A stretch of DNA of 63,277 nucleotides, filler included, from Reticulomyxa filosa (taxonomy: Eukaryota; Protista; Foraminifera), in NCBI GenBank assembly GCA_000512085.1. It is 17 parts of 17 records of this genome, joined end to end, with 100 filler letters (N's around TTAATTAATTAA, not from the genome) between each part and the next. Parts side by side here need not be neighbours in the genome. Positions count along the whole stretch, not along the records: positions 24,441 to 27,437 come from ASPP01004782.1; positions 27,538 to 33,229 come from ASPP01004789.1; positions 33,330 to 35,164 come from ASPP01011225.1; positions 35,265 to 36,399 come from ASPP01037295.1; positions 36,500 to 39,233 come from ASPP01021865.1; 12 more parts are not named here. One strand, written 5' to 3'. This document shows, piece after piece, positions 24,441 through 36,746 of this stretch (position 1 is its first letter; each line of letters opens with the position of its first letter). The position numbers and the translations under genes are program-made. The notes beneath the pieces are model-generated. The model saw only the letters and a list, made by a program, of their open reading frames with translations, had not been told where the DNA came from and made no database searches.

Positions 24441-26711
24441 GTCCTTGTCCTTGTCCTTGTCCTTGTCCTTGTCCTTGTTGCAATTGCATTTGGACGGGCG
24501 CATATGTGGAATGCGTGAAAATTGTGTTTTCTGGCAATGATAGCGAAGGAGCTAAACCGTGCTGTTGCGTTGCAGACGAATGACCCTCATGCGTGACGGC
24601 GGTCAGTGTGTTGCTGTGATATCGCAGCAATTGCAAGTCGTGCTTCTGCTGCGGCGGTTGAGGGATGGCGCCTCGAGGCTGCGTTTGGCTGTTTTCTTGC
24701 GACTTGACGTCCAACGCGACGGGGTTTGACAGATGCCAATATCCAATCGATTCACTGTGATGGCTTTTTGGAGAAGGCACCAGCAGCTTGATCGGAACTG
24801 TCGATCCGGAGCTCATTGGAGCATGAGGTGATCCATTTTCTGCTATTAGACTTCCGCTGGTTGTTAGTACAAACCCACTGCTGTTATTGCTTGCATTGTG
24901 ATTATTATCATTATTATTATTATTATTAGTGTTATTATTAGTATTATTAGTATTATTATTATTAATTGTGCTGTTGTCAGTCACTTTTCGCATTGCTACT
25001 GGATTGCCAAATTCGTCATACAATATCACTGCACCACTGCTTTGAGTCTTTCTCATTCATAAAATTATATACATACGCATACATGTACGTATATATGTAT
25101 GCTTATTTATGTATGTATATATCAGTTTGTTGGAACAAAACTGGTACGGTCATGCTTGGGATCGAATACATGCCACTCCTTTTGAATGTAATATGTAGAT
25201 TCAAACAAAGCATGAGTAAACAAATAAGCAAGTGACATACAATACTGACTTGGTAATTGTTTCTCTGCCAGTCCTTCCCCTCCCCTGTTTTTCGCGTTAA
25301 ACACTGGACTGGTTGTTGTTGTTGTTGTTGTTGTTATTTATTGTCACAGAGTGAAATAAACAGCTTACGTTTGAATAATGGAGTGCTGATGATCCGCAGC
25401 CATACTTCGCCTTATCTGGATGTGTACACAAATCGCGCATAATAGCAACCCACAGCAAGTTCCAAAGAACACACTCAGTACAATAACTTGCATTTGTCAA
25501 TAATGCGATCCAATTAACAAAACACATTTTTCTTTTTTTTAAGGTTTACTTTCCGAAACAAAAAAAAAAAAAAAAAAAATTAATATTGATAATAACAATA
25601 ACAATAGTATAATATAAACCTCTTAACTAGCAATCATCTCAGACGTCAATTCTCCATTTTGGGTCTCACTAAATGCTAGATTTGGGCTGACAATGAACGA
25701 AGACTCTATTACGCTAATTGTTGTCGATATCCCTGTTGCGTTTAATTTGCTTTGAGTGGGATCACTAGGCTGTTTATTTGTTTGTTTGTTTTATTATTAT
25801 TACTATTGTTTGTGAGCCATTCCATATTAAACCTTTTTTTGTTTATTATTTTTAGAATAGAGTTTTGTAACATAGCTAGGATAGCTGATGAGGGGAGTAA
25901 AACAAGGTACAATCCTTGACAATCGCCATTGCAATGGCAAGTACTCGAGTGTGGGCTGCAATTCATTGTCTCATCATTAATTGCATCGCTATACTCTGAT
26001 GTCATCTCACATCGGCTCGTGTTGCCTATGTTACCAAAACAAATAATAATAATAATAATAATAATTTTATTATTATTATTATTTTATTATTATTTTCCTC
26101 TCCTCTCATTTTTTTAAAATGGGGACATGACACAAAAACTATACCGTGGATATATGTGCGTATATTGCATATACATATACATGTATGTATGAACATCGGA
26201 GAAAATAGAAAATACCGTGACAAGTCATGACACCACTTCGACAAGCGTCACTATTGTAACACCCCTTGAAACATGTAATCGCATCAAGTCCTTCTGTTCC
26301 ATTTCCATTGGATTTGCAGTACAGGCTGACTTTGTCACAAGCGCCTTTTCCTTCCGTACATAGTGCACTTACGTTTTTATTACTATATACGCTTACATTA
26401 CTGCATGCATCTGTCCCTACACATTCCAATCTCACACCCGTCGCAGACTCATACGCGGGACATTTTATCGTCAGATTCGTGCATTGATGAATTGCTATTC
26501 ATGTGATAGTCCATTGTGTATGTGTCTATTTGCTGTATTGCAAGTGGGCTATAAATCAATATACAAAGACACTCCGTTAACTCGAGCAACGAACTACAAA
26601 GGTTGAAACTCCGCTACAGGTCAGCTCCCCGCTAATTTCGCCGAAAACAGAACCAAACAAGCTAAATACAACATATAACGTGGAAAAAAAAAATGAGGTG
26701 ATAATAACCAT
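24441..26711 (-). CDS. Probable type I membrane protein: signal peptide, Cys-rich ectodomain, one TM, N/Q-rich cytoplasmic tail (3' partial, multi-exon)
   Basis: Hydrophobic N-terminus at 26711; LECVGTDACSNV..LCTEGKGACDKV..CYNSDACRSG repeats; TM-like VLSVFFGTCCGLLLCAICV (~25430-25490); poly-N and QG repeats. Exon joins not fully resolved. Confidence 0.55.
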
Positions 26712-27119
26712 TTGAAGTGATTATTGGTCGAACGTAGACCACCTTTTTTCTGTATTATCCTTTTACTCTACCCCGACAAAAAGGGAGCTGTCGAGTGATA
26801 AGAAATGATGAATTTTTGGTGGAAGACAAAGAGACTCTTTTGCTTTCAAATTATTGTGGACGAAAGTCTCGTAAAAGTAAAGAAGAACTGTTTTTGTTGT
26901 TAGTTATATACTTTACAACACACATTCTCACAAAAACTGCTCAAAAACTATTTGTCCATTCGTGAGTTTTTAGCTTTTTCCGACCCGAGTCTCGGTTCGA
27001 GTTGGAGTAGAAATGAAATATCACATCACTTTTATATAGCGCTCATTATTCTTATAAGAAATGACACCCCCTTGCTCAATAATATCGAGCAAGATTGTGA
27101 TCCAAAAAAAAAAAAAAAA

Positions 27120-27340
27120 TTAATAGCCGAAGCGCGAGGCCAATCGTTTGGATTGTTCCCAAGCAACAAGAGTTAAGATTGTATGGGGTCCAAGTCTGAA
27201 ATAATGAGGGAACCACCCTTTCATCAATCCTTGAGGCCCTTCCGTTGCGACGATTTTTCTCAAGCAATTGATAGCACTTTTGTACTTCTCCCCGGGATTT
27301 TGGTTGTACATTCGCGTGGCAATCACATCAAAGGGGTTCT
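27120..27340 (-). CDS. Mitochondrial carrier (SLC25) last exon, OAC1/SLC25A34-35-like
   Basis: PFDVIATRMYNQ..CLRKIVATEGPQGLMKG..YFRLGPHTILTL carries the carrier signature. Confidence 0.85.
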
Positions 27341-27537
27341 AACATCAGTGGATTTACCAACAAAGGTCAGTTGTGTTGAAAGGGTTATCTTGCACAAAAA
27401 ATCTCAAAAAAAAAAAAAAAAAAAAAAATTTTTTTTTNNNNNNNNNNNNNNNNNNNNNNNNNNNNNNNNNNNNNNNNNNNNTTAATTAATTAANNNNNNN
27501 NNNNNNNNNNNNNNNNNNNNNNNNNNNNNNNNNNNNN

Positions 27538-30500
27538 CGCCATTGCCAGAGGTACCCAAGTGTCTGCGAACAGCACTCAATACCAACTGTTATTGAGAAT
27601 AACGTATTTAATGCTTGCACAACAACCAAAGACGCAATATTCAATGGAATACTTGTTACATATGACTGGCGAACTGCTTTGGACCTTGTTCACAATCTCT
27701 GAAGCTTTCATCTGAGTCCAAATGTTTCAATTGGATAAAATCTTTTGAGCTGCTGTCTTTTGTCTTGTTACAGCCGCAGGAGAAGAGCCAAACAATGACA
27801 TATCAATTACTTTTCCGTTCATGTCAATGATAACGGCGACTACCTCCATTGCGCTGATAGATAACCTAGCCCATATACGATGTTGGCGTAGTGCACAGCC
27901 CATCACTGGCTCGAATGAATTGGTTGTGCACATTGCATGGATGCTACATGAAAATAGCAGCCATTGACTACTATTGTCGTCGTACCAGTCATATTTTCAC
28001 ACTGTAATGATATCCGACTATTGGGACCTTGGATTGTAAATATCGATGGTTATATTCTTTTGGTTGATTGTGACTTTTTCTGTAATACGTGATCGAGCTG
28101 CTTGTCAACTTTGATATTGTTTGCTTGTCGAGAATAGATTAAGCCAAATCTTTGCGCGCTGCTGTATGATTTTTCATCAAATTGGGATTGAGTCCAGAAG
28201 TATGATCAAACAATATTCATATACTATCGATACAAAATAGTTGGTGTCGACAAAAAAGTGGAGTGGCAATGGTGCAGCAATTGAGTTAAACGCATGCAGC
28301 GAAAATGGTGCATTGCAAGCAGTAAATTCTTGCATTTCGCACTTCTTTTCGACAATCCATTTGGAACGTCTTCAATACACCGAATCGAATCAACGCCAAT
28401 ATTTTACAAGAAGGTGGACCACAACGTGACTCAAATTAAAATAAGAAATTAAATTTTTCGACACGTGGAAGAATGACATCAATCCAAAATTTTTTGTACT
28501 GTAATATTCAAGCCCACTCCACCACACGACATTCGCTTGACTGTTGGTATTCACTCATTGTATCGTTCCGTACTCGCAATTAAATAAATGGCTAAATATA
28601 TTCGCATCTTCCATCCGGGTATGATCCTACTAATAATATTTCCACACATCAACTCTGTGTTGTCACATCATTCGTTGTATCCACAGGTTGAATTCACTAC
28701 CTTTGTTATATTCCAATGCAAATATCAACAAAAAATAATCCACACTAGAGACTGCCACAATTGGTACTGCAAAACGTAATGTGCCGATTCTTGTTAGACA
28801 AAGACTCGCACGTCTATGCATTGACAATAAAGATCATCCTCCTTCTTCACGCTTGAGAAATTGCCACAATCTGTCGTCATGATTCATCTTCGATAATTTT
28901 GCGCCACTTGCGACTGTTAACGGATATGCGCACTGTAATTACTGTTTCACAACTCCGTACCTTGATTTTGCGATGACATTTAGATATCATGCATTTCAAT
29001 TCGCAATGGGTTTATCTTTGCCACTTGTCGTACCGGTTTGATGATGCTCCATTTACCTGGCAGCTCGGGGTCTTTGTTGCTGTACCATTTTGTTCAGTAT
29101 ATAACGCTATTTGTGAGACAGGCCCGTTCTTGTTCTCTACTGTCAATATAATTAATTAATGTAATTGAAAAAACACAACGAACTGGCACACTCCAAAACG
29201 ACTTTTCAACAACCATAATCGCCAGGACACATTGACAGCTCGCAACACGCACTGTGTTCACAACTATAGTACAAAGGCGTGGAAAGATATTGTATAATGT
29301 GTTGTTGAGAATACCGATAGAGTTACCGTTTGATCTCGTGTCGAGGAGGATATGAAGGGTGCAGGCATAGTAAGAACTGTCGCAGTAACAACATTCGATA
29401 ATTCCACGTCGCACTAACGCTCGTACGCTGGACTGATCGAATTAGCGCAATAGCAGTAATAACTGCAAACCAAAAACAAAAAAACAAAAATCTTTTCTGC
29501 CTCTTATGGCTTGGATGTACATGCCTGGACATGATTGAATATGATTGAATATGATGACGCGATAAAGCGCAACGAACGAATAGCGACTGTTATAATATAT
29601 AACATATTTTCCACGATATTTTTGATCATCGCATACACATCGGAAACAAACTGATGATCGAATATACTTGGGTACGAGCACGATGGATAACTCGGTCCAA
29701 AGTCGGCCTCACAACAAAATGGGCATGTAGAAATATTTGGGGCCTATGTCGGTGGATACCACGAATATTGGTTTGATGTTTGAGTATATCCATGTGAAAA
29801 AGACCGTGTAGGTCGTTGCATAGTATATCAATCTGAGTGGTGTGCTGAAGCGCAGATCGAATGGCGCAGATGCAACGAATAGTCGTTATCCACTGTACAT
29901 GTATTCTCAAAACCCAGCCCACATCAAATGATCCTTTGCCTCACTACATTCCATCGCGCTCATTCCTCCCAGCAAAATGATTTTCGCGCAATTTGAAGGC
30001 TTCTATCTGGATATGATTCAACTGGCCGGGACAGTCGAACTGTTCGTCAAAATTTCTTACAGCGCCTCCACATATACCCATTTGATGATAGCAAATCTCT
30101 TGATTGCATCGCACTAAACTTTCACAGGAACATCAAATGCACTTTTTTTGTTTGCGCATATATGTAAAAAATACGTATTTTATTGTTACAAAAAAGAAAT
30201 TGGGGAAACACACTGGAGTAGTATGGGAATGAGAAAAAAGTAGAATGTGATATGATTTTTTTGTACACTGACCTTGTTGATATTCTGCCGCTGTCTTCGC
30301 TTTCAATTCCTATTTTTATTTTAAACAAGTAATTTGAAAAAAAAAAATTAATTTATTTTACTTAACTTTTTATTGTTGAGATCATCAGATCTAATAATTT
30401 TGGAGTCATAGCTCCATATGTAAAAAAAGTTTCTTTTTTTTTTTCTTTTTTTTTTTCTTCTTTTCTTCTTTTTTTCAACCAGTTTTTTTTAATTCTTATT

Positions 30501-31200
30501 TCTTTCTCTTTTTTTCTTTTCCCCTTTTTATTCTTACTTCCCCTCTTTTTTATTCATATCTTTTTTCCCCACTTATTTTCTTTTTTTTTTCCATAATATT
30601 TTTTATCCATCTTCCCCCTTTTTTCCCCCTTCTCCAATTTCTTCTTAAAAAAATCTTTGGATCCTTGTTCATCTGTATAAACACAAAAAAATATTGTAAA
30701 AATTTTTAAGATCAACAAAAAAAAACATACATGTTATGTGGAGTTCAAGCTCACATTCCAAATTTTTTCCTCCTGTGGACAAACTCAAACTTTTTTTGTT
30801 TATGTATGTATGTATTGGACAACAAAAATATATATATAATTTTTTTTCTTTGTGCGGGGGAATTCCTATGTATTACACAAATACACAATCACATTATTTT
30901 GATAAAAGAAAATTATAAATATATAAACACAACATACCGCTTTTTTTTTATCGAAAACCTGGTGGTCTTCGACCCCTTTTTTTTTTGTATGTGGAGTGAA
31001 GGGGCAAATATGTAACGGTTTTGTGTGGACAGGGGATTCCTATACACAAGCAACATTACATTGATATTTTTATTATAAAAAAAAAGATATATCGAAACCT
31101 TTTTTGCTCCTTTTGGAGATAGGGTTGGATTCACCCCATTTTTTCTCGTCGTTGTTGTGTTGTTCTCGCGTCATCGTCCTATGTTATTTTTTATACGTTC
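27538..31200 (-). pseudogene. Decayed copy 1 of an unidentified dispersed gene/element family
   Basis: Coding-like composition without a long ORF, with collinear DNA similarity to 59888-62177. Strand is inferred from GT..AG intron-like segments. May extend to ~32270. Confidence 0.6.
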
Positions 31201-33329
31201 AAAAAAAATCATAAATTGTTTTTTTTACATTTATTTCAAAACAAAAAGTGTGCAAATATATACGTATGTTAAAAAATGTTTGAGGTACCAATTGTCATTG
31301 TCGTCTTGCTCGTGATCGACTTGCCCTTTTTTTTGTTGCGCCGTCGTTGTGATGAGACTGCCATGTATGGCCTTTTTTTTTGCGACAACATCGTTCGTCA
31401 CGTTCAACAATTTAGCAATGCGCCTATATATTGACGCGATTTGAGATAAGTGCATGAATATTGAACATCAACACCGGCCAACAGTATACACACAATCACT
31501 GTAAGGGCCCTTCTATTTTCAAATGCATATAGGGCCCACATAATGCCATTTGGATGCCACTCTGTCTGTTCCACTGGCTTGTGCAATGTCATCATAACAT
31601 TCACTCCCAGCTTATGTTGATCAAACATACCATCAGTGCCATTGACAATATAAATCTTGATTTCCACACCAACGTTGCCAATTATCCCATCGTTTGTGCT
31701 TGCATTGTCTTGCCTCGTATGTCGCCATCGTGGCCTTGACTCGAGCAAAGCATTAACTCTGAGAGTCTCGGCGTGTTGTCTATTGTTTTTTTTTTAAATT
31801 ACAAAATTAAACATAGTGCCATTTTGTGTTGTCAAAGTTTTTTTTACATGACTCCATCTTTTTTTTTTTTAAATTAAAAGAAAGACATAATGAACTTACT
31901 GGATTGCAATGTCGCAATCAAGTGACTCATTTTTTTTTCAAATCTCGTGATTGGGCGCGCATCTTCTGCCCTTATATTCCAAATTTGTGTGATTGTAGTG
32001 TGTATATAATCGGTGCGATGTTTGATTTTATTGGTAATGTGATTGTCGATATAATAATATATTTGATGGTTGTTTGTGTGGCCTTTGCACCCGTTAGATT
32101 TGGCTGTTGTAAAAAGACTTGTTGGACGTTGACTGTCAATTTTTAAATTAATGTGGACATCATTTGTGGAGTGATATTGATAAGGTGTGATCATCCTGCA
32201 ACGCCAGCACAGACTCCTACTTGACCAAAAAAAGAAGAAAAGGGTTTTTACGATTACGCAACTGCACAACTTTCATTAAAAAAAAGAAATTGGTAATTTT
32301 CAATTTCAATTAACATATTTCATCAAAATAAAATACTTTTGATTCAAATATTTGATCAAAACAACTTTGAGATACTTTTCACGTCAAACAGGAAAAAAAA
32401 GTTCTAGACTAAAAAAAGTTTTTGTTGAAAATCTAAATCTAGCAACATTTCAACAAAATCTTTCAAATGAAAACTAGTACCGCGTTATTGTTCCTTGACA
32501 TCTATGACTTTCTAAGTTTTTTAAGCTTTTCTTACGACGCTGTTGCAACGAAAACACAGTGCAAGACCTTCTAAAGTTAATTAAATAGTACCCAACTTTT
32601 TTTCATTTTGAAATAAATAGCACAAAAAAAAAAAACAAACAAAAAGAACAGACTTCAAAATGAAAAAAAAGAAAGTCTAGACATAATACAGTGCAGAAAG
32701 TAGTACTGAGCCCACAGGCAAATAGTTTATTATTACTAATGAGAAGACAATAACATCCCTTTTGTAATCATTGCAAAGAGGAACGGCTGGTGCACTCTTG
32801 GTTGGTGCAGGCAATGCCCACAAAAGCGATAATAATAAAAAAAACGATAGATACACCACTTTTTTTTGTGTTGGCCCTTTTTTGATGTGGGCACTAGCGA
32901 ACTTTTTGTATATTTTATGTTAACGTATAACAAACAAATATTTTTAAAAAAGTGTTTGTAAAAATTAGAAAGAAAACAAAACAATTTTAATATCTTCTTT
33001 CCAAAGGTAATTGAATCAATAAAGCGAAGAATAAACAATCAAATCATTTCCTTGATAATCAAATACAATGAACTGGAGAAAAACGATCTACTCACATTTT
33101 TAATTTTTTCCATACATTTCTTTTTGAGGATATCATTTTAATTATTATTAACAAAACTCTATCTATTCATCTAATTGTAAAATTTCACAAGTGCAATTTT
33201 ATATCTATTTTTTTAATTTAGCTGTTAATNNNNNNNNNNNNNNNNNNNNNNNNNNNNNNNNNNNNNNNNNNNNTTAATTAATTAANNNNNNNNNNNNNNN
33301 NNNNNNNNNNNNNNNNNNNNNNNNNNNNN

Positions 33330-33368
<39 letters not shown>

Positions 33369-33369
<1 letters not shown>

Positions 33370-34657
33370 TGAACGGTCAAGTCCAGCCAACGATAACAAT
33401 TGCACAAGGAGAATGGCTTCGTTTGCAGCTACTGGATGCCGATCCACAAGGATCGTTTATGCCTTTGTTTGAAGATCCTCTTGACAATTGCGAATTTTAT
33501 TACATTGCTGCTGATGGTATTTTCTTTGACAAGACTCGTAACTTGGTTTCGTGTTATACTTATATATATATATATATATATTTACGTATATACATACTTT
33601 TTTTTTTTGACATTGTCTCACATACAGGATAAACAAGATTAAAAACAAACATTTCAACATAAAAAAAAAAAAAACAACATATTTTTATACACATACGCAA
33701 AAGAAACGATCTCCATATTATGGACAACTGTACTTGTCAATGGGAGGACGTGCGGAAGTGATAGTAAAGTGTAACGTGCCGGGTACGTATCGCGTGCGGA
33801 ATACGTTTGCCTATCCAGCGAACCACACTGTGTTTCAGACGCTGCAGTGCAACCCGGTGTATCAAACGAACGTGACACTATTTAACATTGTGGTGAATTC
33901 CACGACAGTGGCGGCGAACAGTGCGTTGGACCCTGAAGCATTGGCGTTTCCACCCAAAGTAGGTTATTTGGCGGATACGATTCAAACGGCAGAAGTAATC
34001 CACAGTGAGCCTCGGTGCACGAATTATGACACGACCGAGTTTCCACATTTCCTGTTGAAAAGGTTCCCCGACCCGAAGAACACGTCAGTGTGTTCCACAG
34101 TGTCCGCCGACATCAATGACTTTGGACAACAAGAATTGACGGCCAAGTTGTTTGGGATCAATGGTCAGTATTTTCGTACAGACCTTCCACTGGCTGTTGT
34201 CGCACCCAATCAAATTTATGAGCTCTCGATTATGTTCTTCTCGCACCCATTCCACCAACACATCAATCCGTTCCAGCTCACCTCGAACATTAGCAACGGC
34301 TTTATTGGCCAGACTGGAGAATGGAGAGATGTCATTAGCAGTGGCTGTCCTCATCATTGTGTCGCAAGTCCAACTGTGCCTTGTTTCAAAGCGCGCACAC
34401 GCACTCAGGATTACACTGGAAAAGTTATCATGCACTGCCATTTTTTGCCTCATGAAGACAGGGGAATGATGGGCTTTTACGAGATTTCGGATGAATTGTG
34501 CACTAATGGCACCTCTTCACCCTTGCCAGACAACCATCAGTCTTGTGATATCACTCAATCTTCCTATCAGTTCTGTCTTCTCTCCTCACAATCGAACAGA
34601 AATGATGCCCTTTCTGCCATGTTTGTTGTACTTTCGATAATGTTGGCATTTTTTTAA
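33369..34657 (+). CDS. Multicopper oxidase (domains 2-3; 5' partial) with a hydrophobic C-terminal tail
   Basis: VNGQ..P; IAADG; GGRAEVIV; HPFHQHINPFQ; WRDVI; MHCHFLPHEDRGMM (T1 ligands H, C, H, M). Confidence 0.92.
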
Positions 34658-35264
34658 CAACTTTGCTTAGTTTGTGTACAAATATTTTTGCTGTTTTTTT
34701 TTTGCTCTTGTTCTTTTATTCGCTTATCTTGTTCAAAATTGAAATTCAAAAAAAAAAATCATTCATCACAAAAACGTAAAATTTTGTAGCTGAAAAAGTA
34801 TTAATCATGCCAGGTAATTTGAGTTGCCAAAAAGTGAAAAGAACCAAATTCAAAGTTTAAATTTTTTCATAAATTGTTACAGATAAGTTTTCATGTCCGT
34901 CTTTTTGAGTGTGTTGGACGGTCGTCACAAAAATGTAATACGAAACCACATTTGCCCTTTAAGCTAGATTTCAATAACGAATGTAAATTAAAAGAAATGA
35001 AACACAAAGAACAAGTAAAAAGTGGATGAAAAAGATGAACGAGGAAGTTTAGGGGAAAAAATTCTCAACTTCCTTAGAAACTTTATTGTCAACTCTTCAC
35101 TTTTGCACTTTTTTGGCGTGCTTTAAAAAAAAGTGCAAATGCTCTTGATAATTGTAAAAATGAANNNNNNNNNNNNNNNNNNNNNNNNNNNNNNNNNNNN
35201 NNNNNNNNTTAATTAATTAANNNNNNNNNNNNNNNNNNNNNNNNNNNNNNNNNNNNNNNNNNNN

Positions 35265-35500
35265 TGATGATGGATATATTGATAATAATAATTTGTGGAC
35301 ATGGAAAGCTAGAAATATATTAGTGGTAAACGATAGAAGCTCTTTATCAATTGACAAAATGCGTACAATATTGAATTGCCATGAAATGGACTCTTTCAAG
35401 ATTTTCCAAAAATATTTATTGGAACAAATATAAATATAAATATGTCATTATATGGACATAATGACGATGGATTTTTTGATCATTTGGTCAGGTTACACAA
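35265..35500 (+). pseudogene. Frameshifted caspase-like (peptidase C14) domain remnant
   Basis: Across three frames: LIIIICGHG / ILVVNDRSSLSIDKMR.ILNC / DFPKIFI / GFLIIWS, in caspase motif order (SHG…PKxFI[D/Q]ACRG…DFL..YS). The ACRG segment is missing. Confidence 0.5.
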
Positions 35501-36069
35501 AAACAAATTGCAGGTCAAATGATTCATTTGAGACTTTTGTTGTTTTTTATTTTAAGTTTCAAATATTTTTGCAAAATTCAATTAACCACTTTGATCATAA
35601 AAATAGTTTTTCCTTGCTTAAGAACATCTATGGAAATTTATATTGTTGTATCTTCTTCTGAAATATTCAAATAAAATGATATAAATAGACTTTCCTTTGG
35701 ATTGAATTTACAAAGTTGATCATAAACAAATTGTTTTGTTGTAAGGAAGACAGATGTGTAAGATCTAATGCTATTTTTAAATGAAATATGAAAATTGAAA
35801 TGAAATTGTTAACATTAAAGGACTAATTATAAATTTACAATTTATTCTGAAAAGCATTTGTGCTTACACAGATTTAATATAAAATTCAAAAATAAGTAAC
35901 ATTGTATTGAAAATTTTTTGCATTGTAAAATTGTTGTTACTGATTATTGTAATGCAAAGATATTTTACAAAATGTAACATTTATTTTTCATTTCAAAATA
36001 TTTCTTATGTATACATTAGTTCAGTTTTTCCTTTTTTAAACAAAAGTTCAAATATATTTTTCATCTTGC

Positions 36070-36399
36070 ATCATGAAAGAGTATCTCAAGAGAAAACTAA
36101 AAAAGTTATAAGAATCAACTCAAACTTATTAATGAAAGTTAAGTCTAAGTTGTCTTTACATTTTTATTATTTCTTTTATTTATCGTTATTACATGTAATT
36201 GAAATAGTCAAAAGAAGAAGAAGAGACCCAAATCATTATCATCATTGGATTCGAACATTAAACATTCAATTAGGGTGGATCAAAGATTTTGATAAACTCG
36301 TTGTCAATTATTTAGTTTATTTGTTCTTTCTTTTTTAAAATATTAATCAAAATATTCAAATGTTTATTTAACACAGGTATTTCCTGTCTTCATGTTTGA
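36070..36399 (+). pseudogene. 5' part of a WD40-family pseudogene carrying the WIR-GWI-DFDK exon (36208-36311)
   Basis: AG|TCA AAA GAA GAA…, a 1-nt frameshift before HWIRTLNIQLGWIKDFDKLVVNY, loss of the donor GT, then acag|gtatttcctgtcttcatgtttga homologous to exon 3 of the gene at 13526-14913. Confidence 0.8.
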
Positions 36400-36746
36400 N
36401 NNNNNNNNNNNNNNNNNNNNNNNNNNNNNNNNNNNNNNNNNNNTTAATTAATTAANNNNNNNNNNNNNNNNNNNNNNNNNNNNNNNNNNNNNNNNNNNNT
36501 AGTAAAGTCACTAAAAAAAGGCTTTCTTTTTTAATGCCCAATTGTCCAATTTTTTTAGCTTTTTTTTGCAAAAGCTTTTTTAGTTGAAGGATATTTTGTA
36601 AGTATAATTTTTCAAAAACTGATCGTTACATGACGCGCAAGAGTGCAATTTTTTTTTTTTGAAGATCAAATAAGATAAAAATTTGTTGTGATTAAAAAAG
36701 TGCTGAATGAAAAAAGGAAGAGATTAAGCAAAAAAAAAAAGTAGTT

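Noticed and set aside
33330-33368. Poly(A) run as a retrocopy tail
   Set aside because: It ends in AG immediately before an in-frame MCO exon, so it is an intron 3' end.
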